A stretch of DNA of 64,000 bases from Methanocellales archaeon (GTDB taxonomy: Archaea > Halobacteriota > UBA148 > JAUWXC01): NCBI GenBank assembly GCA_030610945.1, contig JAUWQV010000005.1:7321-71320 (forward strand), read 5' to 3'. The stretch's first letter is position 1, and each line of letters opens with the position of its first letter. Made by a program: the position numbers and the translations under genes. Positions 50,351 to 58,628 of the stretch are shown piece after piece. The notes below the pieces were generated by a model. The model saw only the letters and a list, made by a program, of their open reading frames with translations, was not told where the DNA came from and made no database searches.

Positions 50351-51493
50351 ATGAGAATTTTATGCATAGGCAATGACTTCAAAGAAAGTGCGGATTATGT
50401 AATAGCGAAGTTCACTGATGTTTCAAAAGATATTTTTCCAGCTATTTTTGATTTTGATGTGGTTATCTTAGACCTTCCTACAAATATCCTTGCTTATCAA
50501 ATCATTCACAATCGAAGAGACGAATTTGCGGAGCTTTTACGTAGTAGAGGAATTTGTTTCGTTATATCTAATATAGGTAGTAGGCACATAGTAAATAAAC
50601 CAGATGTTGGCAACTATTCTTGGTGCCCATTTGACATATATGCGAAAAATAAATCTGGAACTACCGTTTTTTGCGAGTCGGAAAAAGCTAAGTGGCTCTT
50701 TGATGCTATAAATTTTAACTGGCAATGTTATTTTAAAAATTATCCAGAAGATACTTCGATTCTCGCTACAAACCGTGCCGGTCATCCAATCAGTATCATT
50801 GTCCCATATGAAAATGGGCATTGTGTATTCTTGCCTTATACAAATCAAATAGACGAACTGACTTCTCTTTTAATTCAGAGTGGATTAAACATAATATCAG
50901 AAGCTTTTGAGACGGAGGAAGCGCCAGCAGAAGTACCTACTTGGATTGGAGAATTCGTAACAGAAGAAGAAGAGAAATTATTAAAGAAACAGAATGAACT
51001 TGAGAAAAAAATTCGTAAGCGTACAAAATTTAAGAGACTTTTATATGAGAAGGGAATAGCTCTACAAGAACTTGTTGAAGATATTTTTAAAGAATTAGGG
51101 TTTGATGTTAAAAAACTGCCGAAAGGTGCCTATGCTGACCTTGAAATCCCTCTTAACGGAACGACTGGCGCGATTGAAGTAACTGGATTAGAGGGCAGTA
51201 TTAATGTAAGAAAGGCTAGACAACTTCTACACTATTGTGTAGATCAAGAGATAGAAAGAGACGTTAAAGGAATCCTCGTGGTGAATCATTACCAAAACAT
51301 CTCTCCCAAAGAAAGAGGGGATGTGGCAACGGAGGATGCCATAGCTCTTGCCAACAAGTTTAATTTTTGTATTTTACCAACTACAGAACTCTATAATCTC
51401 CTAGAAGGTTTTTGGGATAATAAAGTTACAAAAGAAGATGTTTTAAAAATTCTTAACCGAGTTGGCTTAAAAACGAAGAGCAAAAGCAAATAA
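50351..51493 (+). CDS. Orphan two-domain hypothetical protein: N-terminal alpha/beta domain, coiled coil, C-terminal PD-(D/E)xK-like domain
   Basis: Long uninterrupted ORF in a low-GC segment. C-terminus: LQELVEDIFKELGFDVKKLPKGAYADLEIPLNGTTGAIEVTGLEGSINVRKARQLLHY...GILVVNHY. Confidence 0.7.
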   Translation: MRILCIGNDFKESADYVIAKFTDVSKDIFPAIFDFDVVILDLPTNILAYQIIHNRRDEFAELLRSRGICFVISNIGSRHIVNKPDVGNYSWCPFDIYAKNKSGTTVFCESEKAKWLFDAINFNWQCYFKNYPEDTSILATNRAGHPISIIVPYENGHCVFLPYTNQIDELTSLLIQSGLNIISEAFETEEAPAEVPTWIGEFVTEEEEKLLKKQNELEKKIRKRTKFKRLLYEKGIALQELVEDIFKELGFDVKKLPKGAYADLEIPLNGTTGAIEVTGLEGSINVRKARQLLHYCVDQEIERDVKGILVVNHYQNISPKERGDVATEDAIALANKFNFCILPTTELYNLLEGFWDNKVTKEDVLKILNRVGLKTKSKSK

Positions 51494-51502
51494 CTTTGGA
51501 CT

Positions 51503-51528
51503 AGTAACATTCCATTTTTATTGTTACT
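51503..51528. terminator. Hairpin AGTAACA-(12 nt, T-rich)-TGTTACT between convergent genes
   Basis: 7-bp inverted repeat with TTTTT in the loop, between the orphan gene stop (51493) and the prf1 stop (51533). Confidence 0.35.
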
Positions 51529-51532
51529 TTAA

Positions 51533-52756
51533 CTAGGCACCGGTCCTAAACCTCAGGATGGCGGCAATTCCTCCAAATGCATTCATCAGCTGTTCTCCTT
51601 CCTCAAAATCAGTCGAGATAAATTCTACAGTGGTGTTCATCTGTTCTGCTACTTCGGATAGCTCCGCGACAACGTCTACACTTTTTTCCACTTCCAGGTT
51701 AGCGCCACATTTGGGGCATGTCTCTACACCCAACTTTTGAACCGTTTTTTCCTGCTGAAAATCGCAACTAGGGCAGCGTAGATGCAACCTAATCCTGCGC
51801 AAATCCTCTGAGAGCAATAGCGTATCAACTGCGCCCAGTTTGAGATTTCTTCTAACTTCCTCTTCCCCGTAGGCGGCTAGCTCCAGGTCGCTCACAAGTT
51901 CTTTCATGAATCTTTCCATAATGCGTTTTTCTTTGACGAGATCCAGATCTTGAAGCGTGTTAGAGGAAGCATCCACCAATTCATACAGCCCAGACTCATC
52001 TGTATATGAGGCATCCAATAACCCTAGAACCTTTGATTGCAATTCATGATGGAGATGCTCGCCGCTGGCGAATTCTTCTTTCGTAGGGCTCGGACCCCCA
52101 ATCAATACGCCCTGGAAGTCTTTCCTGTCTATGTTGAGAAACACCTTGTTAGCTGCTTTGGCAATTCTCTCATAAAATTCATTGATGGCAATCAATCGCA
52201 GTCTTTGAAATCGCTGTGCTGATTGGCCACCTTGCCTCTGTTTGCCAGGCACACTGGACGTCAGATGCCTTATCGGTTCGATGTGCTTGCCCGTGAGCAA
52301 TCCTATGGCGGCCTCTCTTCTATCTAATACAATCAAGCCGAACGTCTTTTTCTCCTTGAGCATATCCTCTAATGGTGCAAGCACGAATTCAGAGCCGCAG
52401 CGGTACATGTACGTTGTAATGGGTTCTGGCGGCTCGAGAACTATCGTCTCCAGTTCGGTTTTATCTCCTCCAAGAGAGATGGTTCCACAAAATATTACTA
52501 TCCCATTCTCGGGTGGTGCCTTAAAATACCTGAGCCTGGCCATGATGGAATCCAACGCACTCTGGACGTTGGTTCTTGTTGATTTTGACTTGATATTCGA
52601 GGCCTGGCCACGTTCATCCCTCAGCTGCGCTACGACATCGAAAATCTGCTTATCTGGAGGAATGTAAATCGTAACCAGTTCCGTTCCTTTGCCGGTCTTC
52701 TCTCTCAGTTCCTCTATTTTCCGTTTAAATTCGTATTTTTTGTGGGCGTCCGACAT
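51533..52756 (-). CDS. prf1: Peptide chain release factor aRF1
   Basis: NIKS motif (QASNIKSKS), GGQ motif (RQGGQSAQRF) and a C-terminal Zn-ribbon insert CPSC...CPKC. Confidence 0.95.
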   Translation of the reverse strand: MSDAHKKYEFKRKIEELREKTGKGTELVTIYIPPDKQIFDVVAQLRDERGQASNIKSKSTRTNVQSALDSIMARLRYFKAPPENGIVIFCGTISLGGDKTELETIVLEPPEPITTYMYRCGSEFVLAPLEDMLKEKKTFGLIVLDRREAAIGLLTGKHIEPIRHLTSSVPGKQRQGGQSAQRFQRLRLIAINEFYERIAKAANKVFLNIDRKDFQGVLIGGPSPTKEEFASGEHLHHELQSKVLGLLDASYTDESGLYELVDASSNTLQDLDLVKEKRIMERFMKELVSDLELAAYGEEEVRRNLKLGAVDTLLLSEDLRRIRLHLRCPSCDFQQEKTVQKLGVETCPKCGANLEVEKSVDVVAELSEVAEQMNTTVEFISTDFEEGEQLMNAFGGIAAILRFRTGA

Positions 52757-52879
52757 CTGCGCCTCCTCACATAAATGGGTTTATAGGTTAAAATGATTTG
52801 TCCAGTAATGGCACCATAATGTATGGCGCATTACGGGCAATATCCACAAGGGACACGTCATATCTTCGTATTTTCATCA

Positions 52880-53218
52880 TTAAGCCTCATATACAATGTT
52901 CCGCGTGCATCTATGCTCTTCCAAGATATCTCCAAAGGCCCTATAGAAGTACTCGCATGCCCTATCTAAATCGTTCCGCCCCACTGCTGTAAGCGCATAT
53001 GTACGTGTTCTACCGGTAGTGTACGAGCTTATTAATTTTTTTCTTTCCAGATTTCTGAGTGCTGGATATAAGGTTCCAGGATTCGGCTTCTCCCCCCTTC
53101 TTTTCGCTATTTCTTGTGCCAACTCCTGCCCATACATTTCTTTCTTAGAGAGCAACCATAGAATCGTAAAAGAGAGAAACCCTCTCATGTCACAGTACTC
53201 AGAATTAGCAACTCTCAT
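52880..53218 (-). CDS. PadR-family transcriptional regulator
   Basis: GFLSFTILWLLSKKEMYGQELAQEIAKRRGEKPNPGTLYPALRNLERKKLI. Confidence 0.85.
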   Translation of the reverse strand: MRVANSEYCDMRGFLSFTILWLLSKKEMYGQELAQEIAKRRGEKPNPGTLYPALRNLERKKLISSYTTGRTRTYALTAVGRNDLDRACEYFYRAFGDILEEHRCTRNIVYEA

Positions 53219-53283
53219 AGATTAATATTGGGTGTACATTACTTTTAAAGTTTTTGGTCTTAACTTATATTGTATGCCCAATA

Positions 53284-53958
53284 TTAAAGGATTATTTCCG
53301 TCCCATTATGTTTTCCATTAAGAACCGCATCTACAATGCTCTTGGGATTTGAGCCATCTAACACGATTGTGCGAATCTTGGACCTTTCAATGATTTTTGC
53401 CGCTAATGGATCCATGATTGACTGGGCTCCTGCCTTCATTTCACTCTTCATAACAATATCTACCAACTGTTCTGGCGTGATTCTGTCCAGTTTTTTGGCA
53501 CCCGCGTTCTTTGGATCTGTGGTATATACCCCGTCAATGGATGTCGCGCTGACGAGTAAATCTGCTTGGATATATTCAGCCAGAATCGCTGCGACTGCAT
53601 CCGTAGTTTGACCAGGGGCAACGCCACCCATTACGACTATTTTTCCGGATGATGCAGCGCGTTCAGCCTCTTCATAGTTAGTCGGAGGTACAGGGTGTGC
53701 ATCTTTTCCCAGGGCGGATATCAACAAGCGCGCATTTAGCCTTGTTACATCAATGCCAATGATATCACATATCGCCTCGTTTGCACTAAGGTTGCGTACA
53801 ACTTGAATATACTCTCTTGCAATGGCACCACCGCCAGCCACGACAAAAACCGTGTGCTTCTTGGCGATCTCCTTTATTGCCTCCGCATACTTTCCAAAGT
53901 TCTTTGAATCCAATGTGGGTGCGAGAATAGAGCCGCCAATTGACATTACAACTATCAT
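53284..53958 (-). CDS. pyrH: UMP kinase (archaeal type)
   Basis: MIVVMSIGGSIL...VVAGGGAIAREY...VVMGGVAPGQTTDAVAA. Confidence 0.9.
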   Translation of the reverse strand: MIVVMSIGGSILAPTLDSKNFGKYAEAIKEIAKKHTVFVVAGGGAIAREYIQVVRNLSANEAICDIIGIDVTRLNARLLISALGKDAHPVPPTNYEEAERAASSGKIVVMGGVAPGQTTDAVAAILAEYIQADLLVSATSIDGVYTTDPKNAGAKKLDRITPEQLVDIVMKSEMKAGAQSIMDPLAAKIIERSKIRTIVLDGSNPKSIVDAVLNGKHNGTEIIL

Positions 53959-54054
53959 TGCATTCCACCTTATCGCCTGAAGTATTAAGGGGTTTCGATT
54001 CGAAAAGATTTATTTAAGGTGGGTAAATGACATACCCTCTTATTAGGTGATATA

Positions 54055-54243
54055 ATGGTAAAAATCATACCTCACAGACATTGTACAACGTGTGGAAAGT
54101 CGATTGTGCCCGAGGAGACGTTCTGCTCTGATAAGTGTAAAAAGCAATACGATGATGCACGAAAGAGGCAAAAGTTGATATTCATAGCGTTCATCGTGCT
54201 GGCATTCTTCATGCTCTTCTCGCCATTCCTGGGGCTACAGTGA
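54055..54243 (+). CDS. Small Zn-ribbon plus C-terminal TM protein (DUF2116-like)
   Basis: HRHCTTCGKSIVPEETFCSDKCKK followed by a hydrophobic helix. Confidence 0.55.
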   Translation: MVKIIPHRHCTTCGKSIVPEETFCSDKCKKQYDDARKRQKLIFIAFIVLAFFMLFSPFLGLQ

Positions 54244-54296
54244 AAGGCATGTATAAATACTAATAGTGACTACAGACATCCCTTAGAGGAGGTTTA

Positions 54297-54761
54297 ATGT
54301 TCAGACGGGCGTTCGCGATTTCGGTGATACTGCTCCTGATGATGCCCATGGCATCTGCAGCCGGTGAGGAGTCGAGATACATCCATATCGAGAGGGCGAC
54401 GATGACGTTTGATGGAGCCGATGCGAACATCGTCGTAAAGTATAGTGTCGATAACCTGTTTGCCAAACTCTATATTTGGCTACTGGGTCCAGAAGTCATA
54501 AAACAAAAGTTGGAGAGCACATTTTTCGATTTTCAGATTCAGATTGTAGAGATATCATGTGATGAAGCTGTGATTGTTGCCAGTGATGTGATGACATACA
54601 ACAATGGGCGATACTATATAGGGCCGCACCAACTGGGCCAGAACATCGACACATGTGTTATAACATTTTCAGATGGCTATACAATAACGCTTGAGTCCAT
54701 AGATGCAATACCATCGCTTGTACATCCCAGCGACACGGCATTTTACATGATCCTACCATAA
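54297..54761 (+). CDS. Secreted hypothetical protein
   Basis: Signal peptide MFRRAFAISVILLLMMPMASAAGEE. RBS GAGGAGG upstream. Confidence 0.55.
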   Translation: MFRRAFAISVILLLMMPMASAAGEESRYIHIERATMTFDGADANIVVKYSVDNLFAKLYIWLLGPEVIKQKLESTFFDFQIQIVEISCDEAVIVASDVMTYNNGRYYIGPHQLGQNIDTCVITFSDGYTITLESIDAIPSLVHPSDTAFYMILP

Positions 54762-55136
54762 TCATTTCTTACGCTTACGTTTCTTGCCTTTAACATCACC
54801 AAAAACAGATGGCAGATGGACCATGTATGTCCCCTCTTCCTTCAGCGCCATAATAATTTCTGGCCTATCAAGAAGCGACTCGATGTTAAGTTCATATGAA
54901 CCGGGGCCAAGTATTTTTACACTCTCCACCCTATGGGGATCGGTGTCTTTGGGGGACTTTTTCTCTTCAACTTCTGCTTTGCTTATCAGCTCGTCGATGT
55001 TTATTGCCTCCGATTCTGATGCCTCATCTCCAGTTACATAAAGAAATTTATTCCATCCGCAACTGGGACATCCATTCAGAATTTCGGATGCACCATCCTT
55101 GAATATTTTTCCACATCTGGTGCATTTGTGTGGCAT
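54762..55136 (-). CDS. Zn-ribbon protein (DUF2072-like)
   Basis: MPHKCTRCGKIFKDGASEILNGCPSCGWNKF. Confidence 0.65.
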   Translation of the reverse strand: MPHKCTRCGKIFKDGASEILNGCPSCGWNKFLYVTGDEASESEAINIDELISKAEVEEKKSPKDTDPHRVESVKILGPGSYELNIESLLDRPEIIMALKEEGTYMVHLPSVFGDVKGKKRKRKK

Positions 55137-55142
55137 TCTACC

Positions 55143-55565
55143 TCATGAACGTGCAGATACTAGTGCACTGATAAAATCACGATCCCTCTTTAGTGTCTTG
55201 AGCTGGTTCGCTGCCCCGACTACAGTGAGCCGTGTCTCAATTGTAGTTTTTCCCAAAAGTTTGCCCAGAAATGTAGTTCTCTGTTTGCAGGGATAACTTT
55301 CGATTTCAATACCGGAAAAGTCGTCTGGCGTAATCTCGGCCATGGTCATCTCGATTAACTTTGCCTCTTCTTCCGGGGTAAGCCCTCTCTCAAGGATTAC
55401 AATGCTGCCGTTTCTGACCATATCAAGTATGAGTCTGATCTTTTCCATCGAGGCCATGGTTGAGAGACGGTCTCCTGAGACGAGGTCTATTTTAATTCCT
55501 TTCTGGTTAGTTGACTTTTTAGTCCGTTTCTTCTTAGTTTTCTTCTTGCTCATCTTTACCCTCAC
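55143..55565 (-). CDS. DUF2073-like protein with a basic N-terminal tail
   Basis: KKKTKKKRTKKS...MEKIRLILDMVRNGSIVILERGLTPEEEAKLIEMTM. The start overlaps the GTPase stop. Confidence 0.65.
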   Translation of the reverse strand: MRVKMSKKKTKKKRTKKSTNQKGIKIDLVSGDRLSTMASMEKIRLILDMVRNGSIVILERGLTPEEEAKLIEMTMAEITPDDFSGIEIESYPCKQRTTFLGKLLGKTTIETRLTVVGAANQLKTLKRDRDFISALVSARS

Positions 55566-56197
55566 CCAAAATGATTCGCAATCGATTCATAAAGTTTGTC
55601 TATATTATATCCCTCAAGGGCAGATATGGGGATTACTGTATGCTGTGGAAATGCGCTTTTAATCCTCGCTGGTGAAGCTTCTGGCAAATCTATCTTATTT
55701 GCCACGATTAACAAGGGCAATTCTCTTGCCTCCATGTTACCGATGACCGTGACATTTACCTGCGTAAATGGGTCCTCGGCTGCATCCATGATTAACAGGA
55801 TACCGTCTAAATCATCAAGCCATTTAATCGCTTCTATTACCCCTTCCGTCGCCTCCTTTGCCCTGCGCTTTGCTTCATCCTCATCCAACCCATAAGCCAT
55901 AAAATCATGAAAATCAATCTTTGTTGCCAAGCCGGGTGTATCTATTATGTCTAAGGCTATGGTTGCGCCATTGGCATTGACCACTACTCCCTCCTTCCTC
56001 CTCGCCCTGCGGGTCTCGTGCGGTATCTCGGATACAGGCCCCATTGTATCCCCGCTCCAATCCCTGATAATCCTATTGGAGAGGGTTGTTTTTCCAGCAT
56101 TTGGTGGACCATAAATGCCAATGCGTGCCTTCTTCTTCTTAAAAATCTTTTTAGCCCAAGATGGTAAATTTTTCTTGACCCTCGCTATTATTCCCAT
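55562..56197 (-). CDS. Small Era/Obg-like GTPase
   Basis: G1 GPPNAGKTT, G3 DTPG, G4 NKID. The true start is the ATG at 56197 (MGIIARVKK, preceded by GGGGAG). The upstream 250 codons of the 461-aa track ORF are antisense to the CBS gene. Confidence 0.85.
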   Translation of the reverse strand: MGIIARVKKNLPSWAKKIFKKKKARIGIYGPPNAGKTTLSNRIIRDWSGDTMGPVSEIPHETRRARRKEGVVVNANGATIALDIIDTPGLATKIDFHDFMAYGLDEDEAKRRAKEATEGVIEAIKWLDDLDGILLIMDAAEDPFTQVNVTVIGNMEARELPLLIVANKIDLPEASPARIKSAFPQHTVIPISALEGYNIDKLYESIANHFG

Positions 56198-56330
56198 TCT
56201 CTCCCCTCTAAAGAAGACATCGCATAAATATATGTCCCAGTCGCCATATATATCTTTATTGCACCGAACGAACGCGATTGTTTTATAGGTAAAGCACAGA
56301 ATAATACATGGCAGCAAGGAGGAACACGAC

Positions 56331-56885
56331 ATGGAAACCAGAATGCCAGTGCGAGAAATCATGACAAAAGGTGTTATCACAGCCGAAACTGATATGAAAG
56401 CCTCGGATGCAGGGAGAAAGATGCTTAGGCGTAATGTAGGTACCCTTATCATAACAGAAAAGGGCAAACCCGTGGGCGTCGTGACAGAGCGAGATATGGT
56501 GGGAAAAATCATCGCTAAAGACCTGCGCCCAAGTTCTGCTACGCTCAAGGATTTGATGACACAGCCACTTGTTACCGTATCCCCAGATGATAGCATAGAC
56601 AAGGCGGCACGAAAAATGGCAGAGTTGAACATCAGGAGGCTGCCCGTTATCGAGGATGACAAACTGGTTGGTATCGTCACTGATACCGATATGATTGCGG
56701 TCTCATCTGGACTTGCTGATATTCTTTCAAATTTAATCGAGATGAACCGTGAGAACATTCCATTCAGGCCCAAGAATGGGTTTGAACAAGGCATCTGTGA
56801 GAGGTGTGAAACGCTTTCAGACTCTCTGGAAATGGTAGATGGAATATTGGTTTGTGAGAGTTGTAAAGACGAGACGTCCCGGTAG
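56331..56885 (+). CDS. CBS-pair protein with a C-terminal Zn-ribbon
   Basis: Two CBS motifs (VREIMTKGVIT...GVVTERDM; LKDLMTQPLVTV...GIVTDTDM) plus CERCE...CESC. Confidence 0.85.
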   Translation: METRMPVREIMTKGVITAETDMKASDAGRKMLRRNVGTLIITEKGKPVGVVTERDMVGKIIAKDLRPSSATLKDLMTQPLVTVSPDDSIDKAARKMAELNIRRLPVIEDDKLVGIVTDTDMIAVSSGLADILSNLIEMNRENIPFRPKNGFEQGICERCETLSDSLEMVDGILVCESCKDETSR

Positions 56886-56912
56886 GAGAGGATTCTAATA
56901 AAAGTACAGGCT

Positions 56913-57656
56913 GTGATGTCCCAGAATCCAGTGTTTATCAAAGACACCGAGTTTATGACTAAAGCACGCCAGTTGATTAGGGACTACCATTTCAGGAGCC
57001 TGCCGGTTGTTGATAATGCTCGTAAAGTCATCGGAATGATTACAGAGGAAGATGTCCTGAAAATTACGTCCACAAAGTCAAATGTGACCGTCGAGGGATT
57101 TGCTCGCAAGTGCCCGATGATCACGCCCCTAGATGATATAAAAGATGTTGCAATAAAGATGATAAACATCAAAATGGGTGGGCTGCCCGTAGTTAAATCC
57201 TCACAAGATGGAAAGTTGGTGGGAATGATCAGCATGGTGGACATATTTAAAAATATCGATCTCGACAAGATTCCTCACAAGAGGGTAAAGGAAATAATGA
57301 CTTCAAAAGTCAAGGTTTGTTCTCCGAAAGGCCCTGTATCAAAAGTATGGGCAAACATCCTCGAGCTCGGATATTCTGGATTTCCCGTTGTTAGAGGGAA
57401 AAATGAACTGATAGGAATGATCACTCGCCAAGACATAATCAAAGCTGGTTGTGCTAGGGTGGGTAGGGAGTCCCCGCCGGTAGAGAAAATAATGAGCACC
57501 CCAAGCTATATGGTCCATCCTGGAGCCAGCTTGAAAGACGCCATCAAATTGATGTTGGCGCATGATATTGGGAGGCTGCCCGTTGTCAAGGATGACAAAC
57601 TGGTTGGTATCGTAGATAGGTATGATTTGATTGGAGCTATCTTTGAGGCGATGTAA
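56913..57656 (+). CDS. CBS-domain protein (two Bateman modules)
   Basis: Four CBS repeats. GRLPVVKDDKLVGIVDRYDL. Confidence 0.85.
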   Translation: MMSQNPVFIKDTEFMTKARQLIRDYHFRSLPVVDNARKVIGMITEEDVLKITSTKSNVTVEGFARKCPMITPLDDIKDVAIKMINIKMGGLPVVKSSQDGKLVGMISMVDIFKNIDLDKIPHKRVKEIMTSKVKVCSPKGPVSKVWANILELGYSGFPVVRGKNELIGMITRQDIIKAGCARVGRESPPVEKIMSTPSYMVHPGASLKDAIKLMLAHDIGRLPVVKDDKLVGIVDRYDLIGAIFEAM

Positions 57657-58603
57657 TGAAAAGGTGCTACAACCGCATGAAAAAAGGAGCAAGACTCGCA
57701 AACGATGCGAGCGAAGCCGTGCTTGATAGGGGGCCGGTAGAATTTAAATCCCGTATATCCTCGCACTCAGGCGATGTGATGGCAATCGCGTCTAGGGAGG
57801 TGGTCACGATTCCGCCGACCATGACGATTATGGGTGCAATAAAAACGATGATGACGTACGGCTTTAGGCGGATTCCTATTGCAGACCCGGGTACAAATAG
57901 GCTTGTTGGGATTCTCACGAGCGTTGATTTGATTGATTTCCTGGGAGGTGGTGAACGACACAATTTGATTAAAAATAGACATAGCGGCAACCTGCTTGCT
58001 GCAATCAATGAAGACGTCCGGGAAATCATGGAAGTCGACGTGATAACGCTGAGCGAGAGACAGTCGTTAGAAGATGCGCTAAGCACGATGCTCAGCCAGA
58101 ATATAGGCGGGCTGCCTATCGTGGATGATGAGCACAGGGTTGTAGGCATCGTTTCCGAACGCGATTTTGCGCGTTTAATCGCCGATGTGAAGACAGGAAA
58201 AATTGTAAAAGATTACATGAGCCGAAGGGTGGTAACTGCACCGCCTGATATGTCTATAGCAGAGGCTGCTAAAACGATGGTTTCCAATGGGTTTAGGCGG
58301 CTCCCAATCATAAAGGATGGAGTGTCCCTGGGGATCGTCACCGCCACTGATATTGTGAGATATCTTGGTGATGGAAAAGCATTTGGCAAACTGGTTACTG
58401 GATACATTCAGGAAGCGTTAGAGCCTGCTATTAAGACAATTATGGTGCCCAATGTTATCGCCATGACATCCAATGTCGACTTGGGTGATGCTACCAAACT
58501 CATGATGGACAAAAAGGTGGGATCGCTACTGGTCATTGACGACGGCTTCCTGGTGGGCATACTCACCGAGAGAGATGTCCTGCGGGCATTACACATAGAT
58601 TAA
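57656..58603 (+). CDS. CBS-domain protein (two Bateman modules); the start may instead be near 57779
   Basis: Four CBS repeats (RRIPIAD...GILTSVDL; GGLPIVDDEHRVVGIVSERDF; RRLPIIKDGVSLGIVTATDI; GSLLVIDDGFLVGILTERDV). Confidence 0.8.
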   Translation: MKRCYNRMKKGARLANDASEAVLDRGPVEFKSRISSHSGDVMAIASREVVTIPPTMTIMGAIKTMMTYGFRRIPIADPGTNRLVGILTSVDLIDFLGGGERHNLIKNRHSGNLLAAINEDVREIMEVDVITLSERQSLEDALSTMLSQNIGGLPIVDDEHRVVGIVSERDFARLIADVKTGKIVKDYMSRRVVTAPPDMSIAEAAKTMVSNGFRRLPIIKDGVSLGIVTATDIVRYLGDGKAFGKLVTGYIQEALEPAIKTIMVPNVIAMTSNVDLGDATKLMMDKKVGSLLVIDDGFLVGILTERDVLRALHID

Positions 58604-58628
58604 ACTAAAGTGCTTTTGAGGTAATGGC

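Noticed and set aside
50269-50352. 10-nt direct repeat GATATTAATG (50269..50278 and 50343..50352) upstream of the orphan gene, considered as a target-site duplication
   Set aside because: Both copies are on the same side of the gene and no matching copy lies downstream of 51493. In AT-rich DNA a 10-mer repeat is weak evidence.
52870-52885. ATGATGA (C-box-like) on the minus strand near the PadR stop, considered as a C/D-box sRNA
   Set aside because: There is no matching D box (CTGA) or terminal stem at the appropriate distance, and it overlaps coding sequence.
56198-56947. N-terminal 250 codons of the 461-aa minus-strand ORF 55562..56947
   Set aside because: This part is the antisense shadow of the CBS gene at 56331..56885 and has Ser/Ile-rich low-complexity composition. 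The GTPase domain begins at an internal ATG (56197) with its own RBS.
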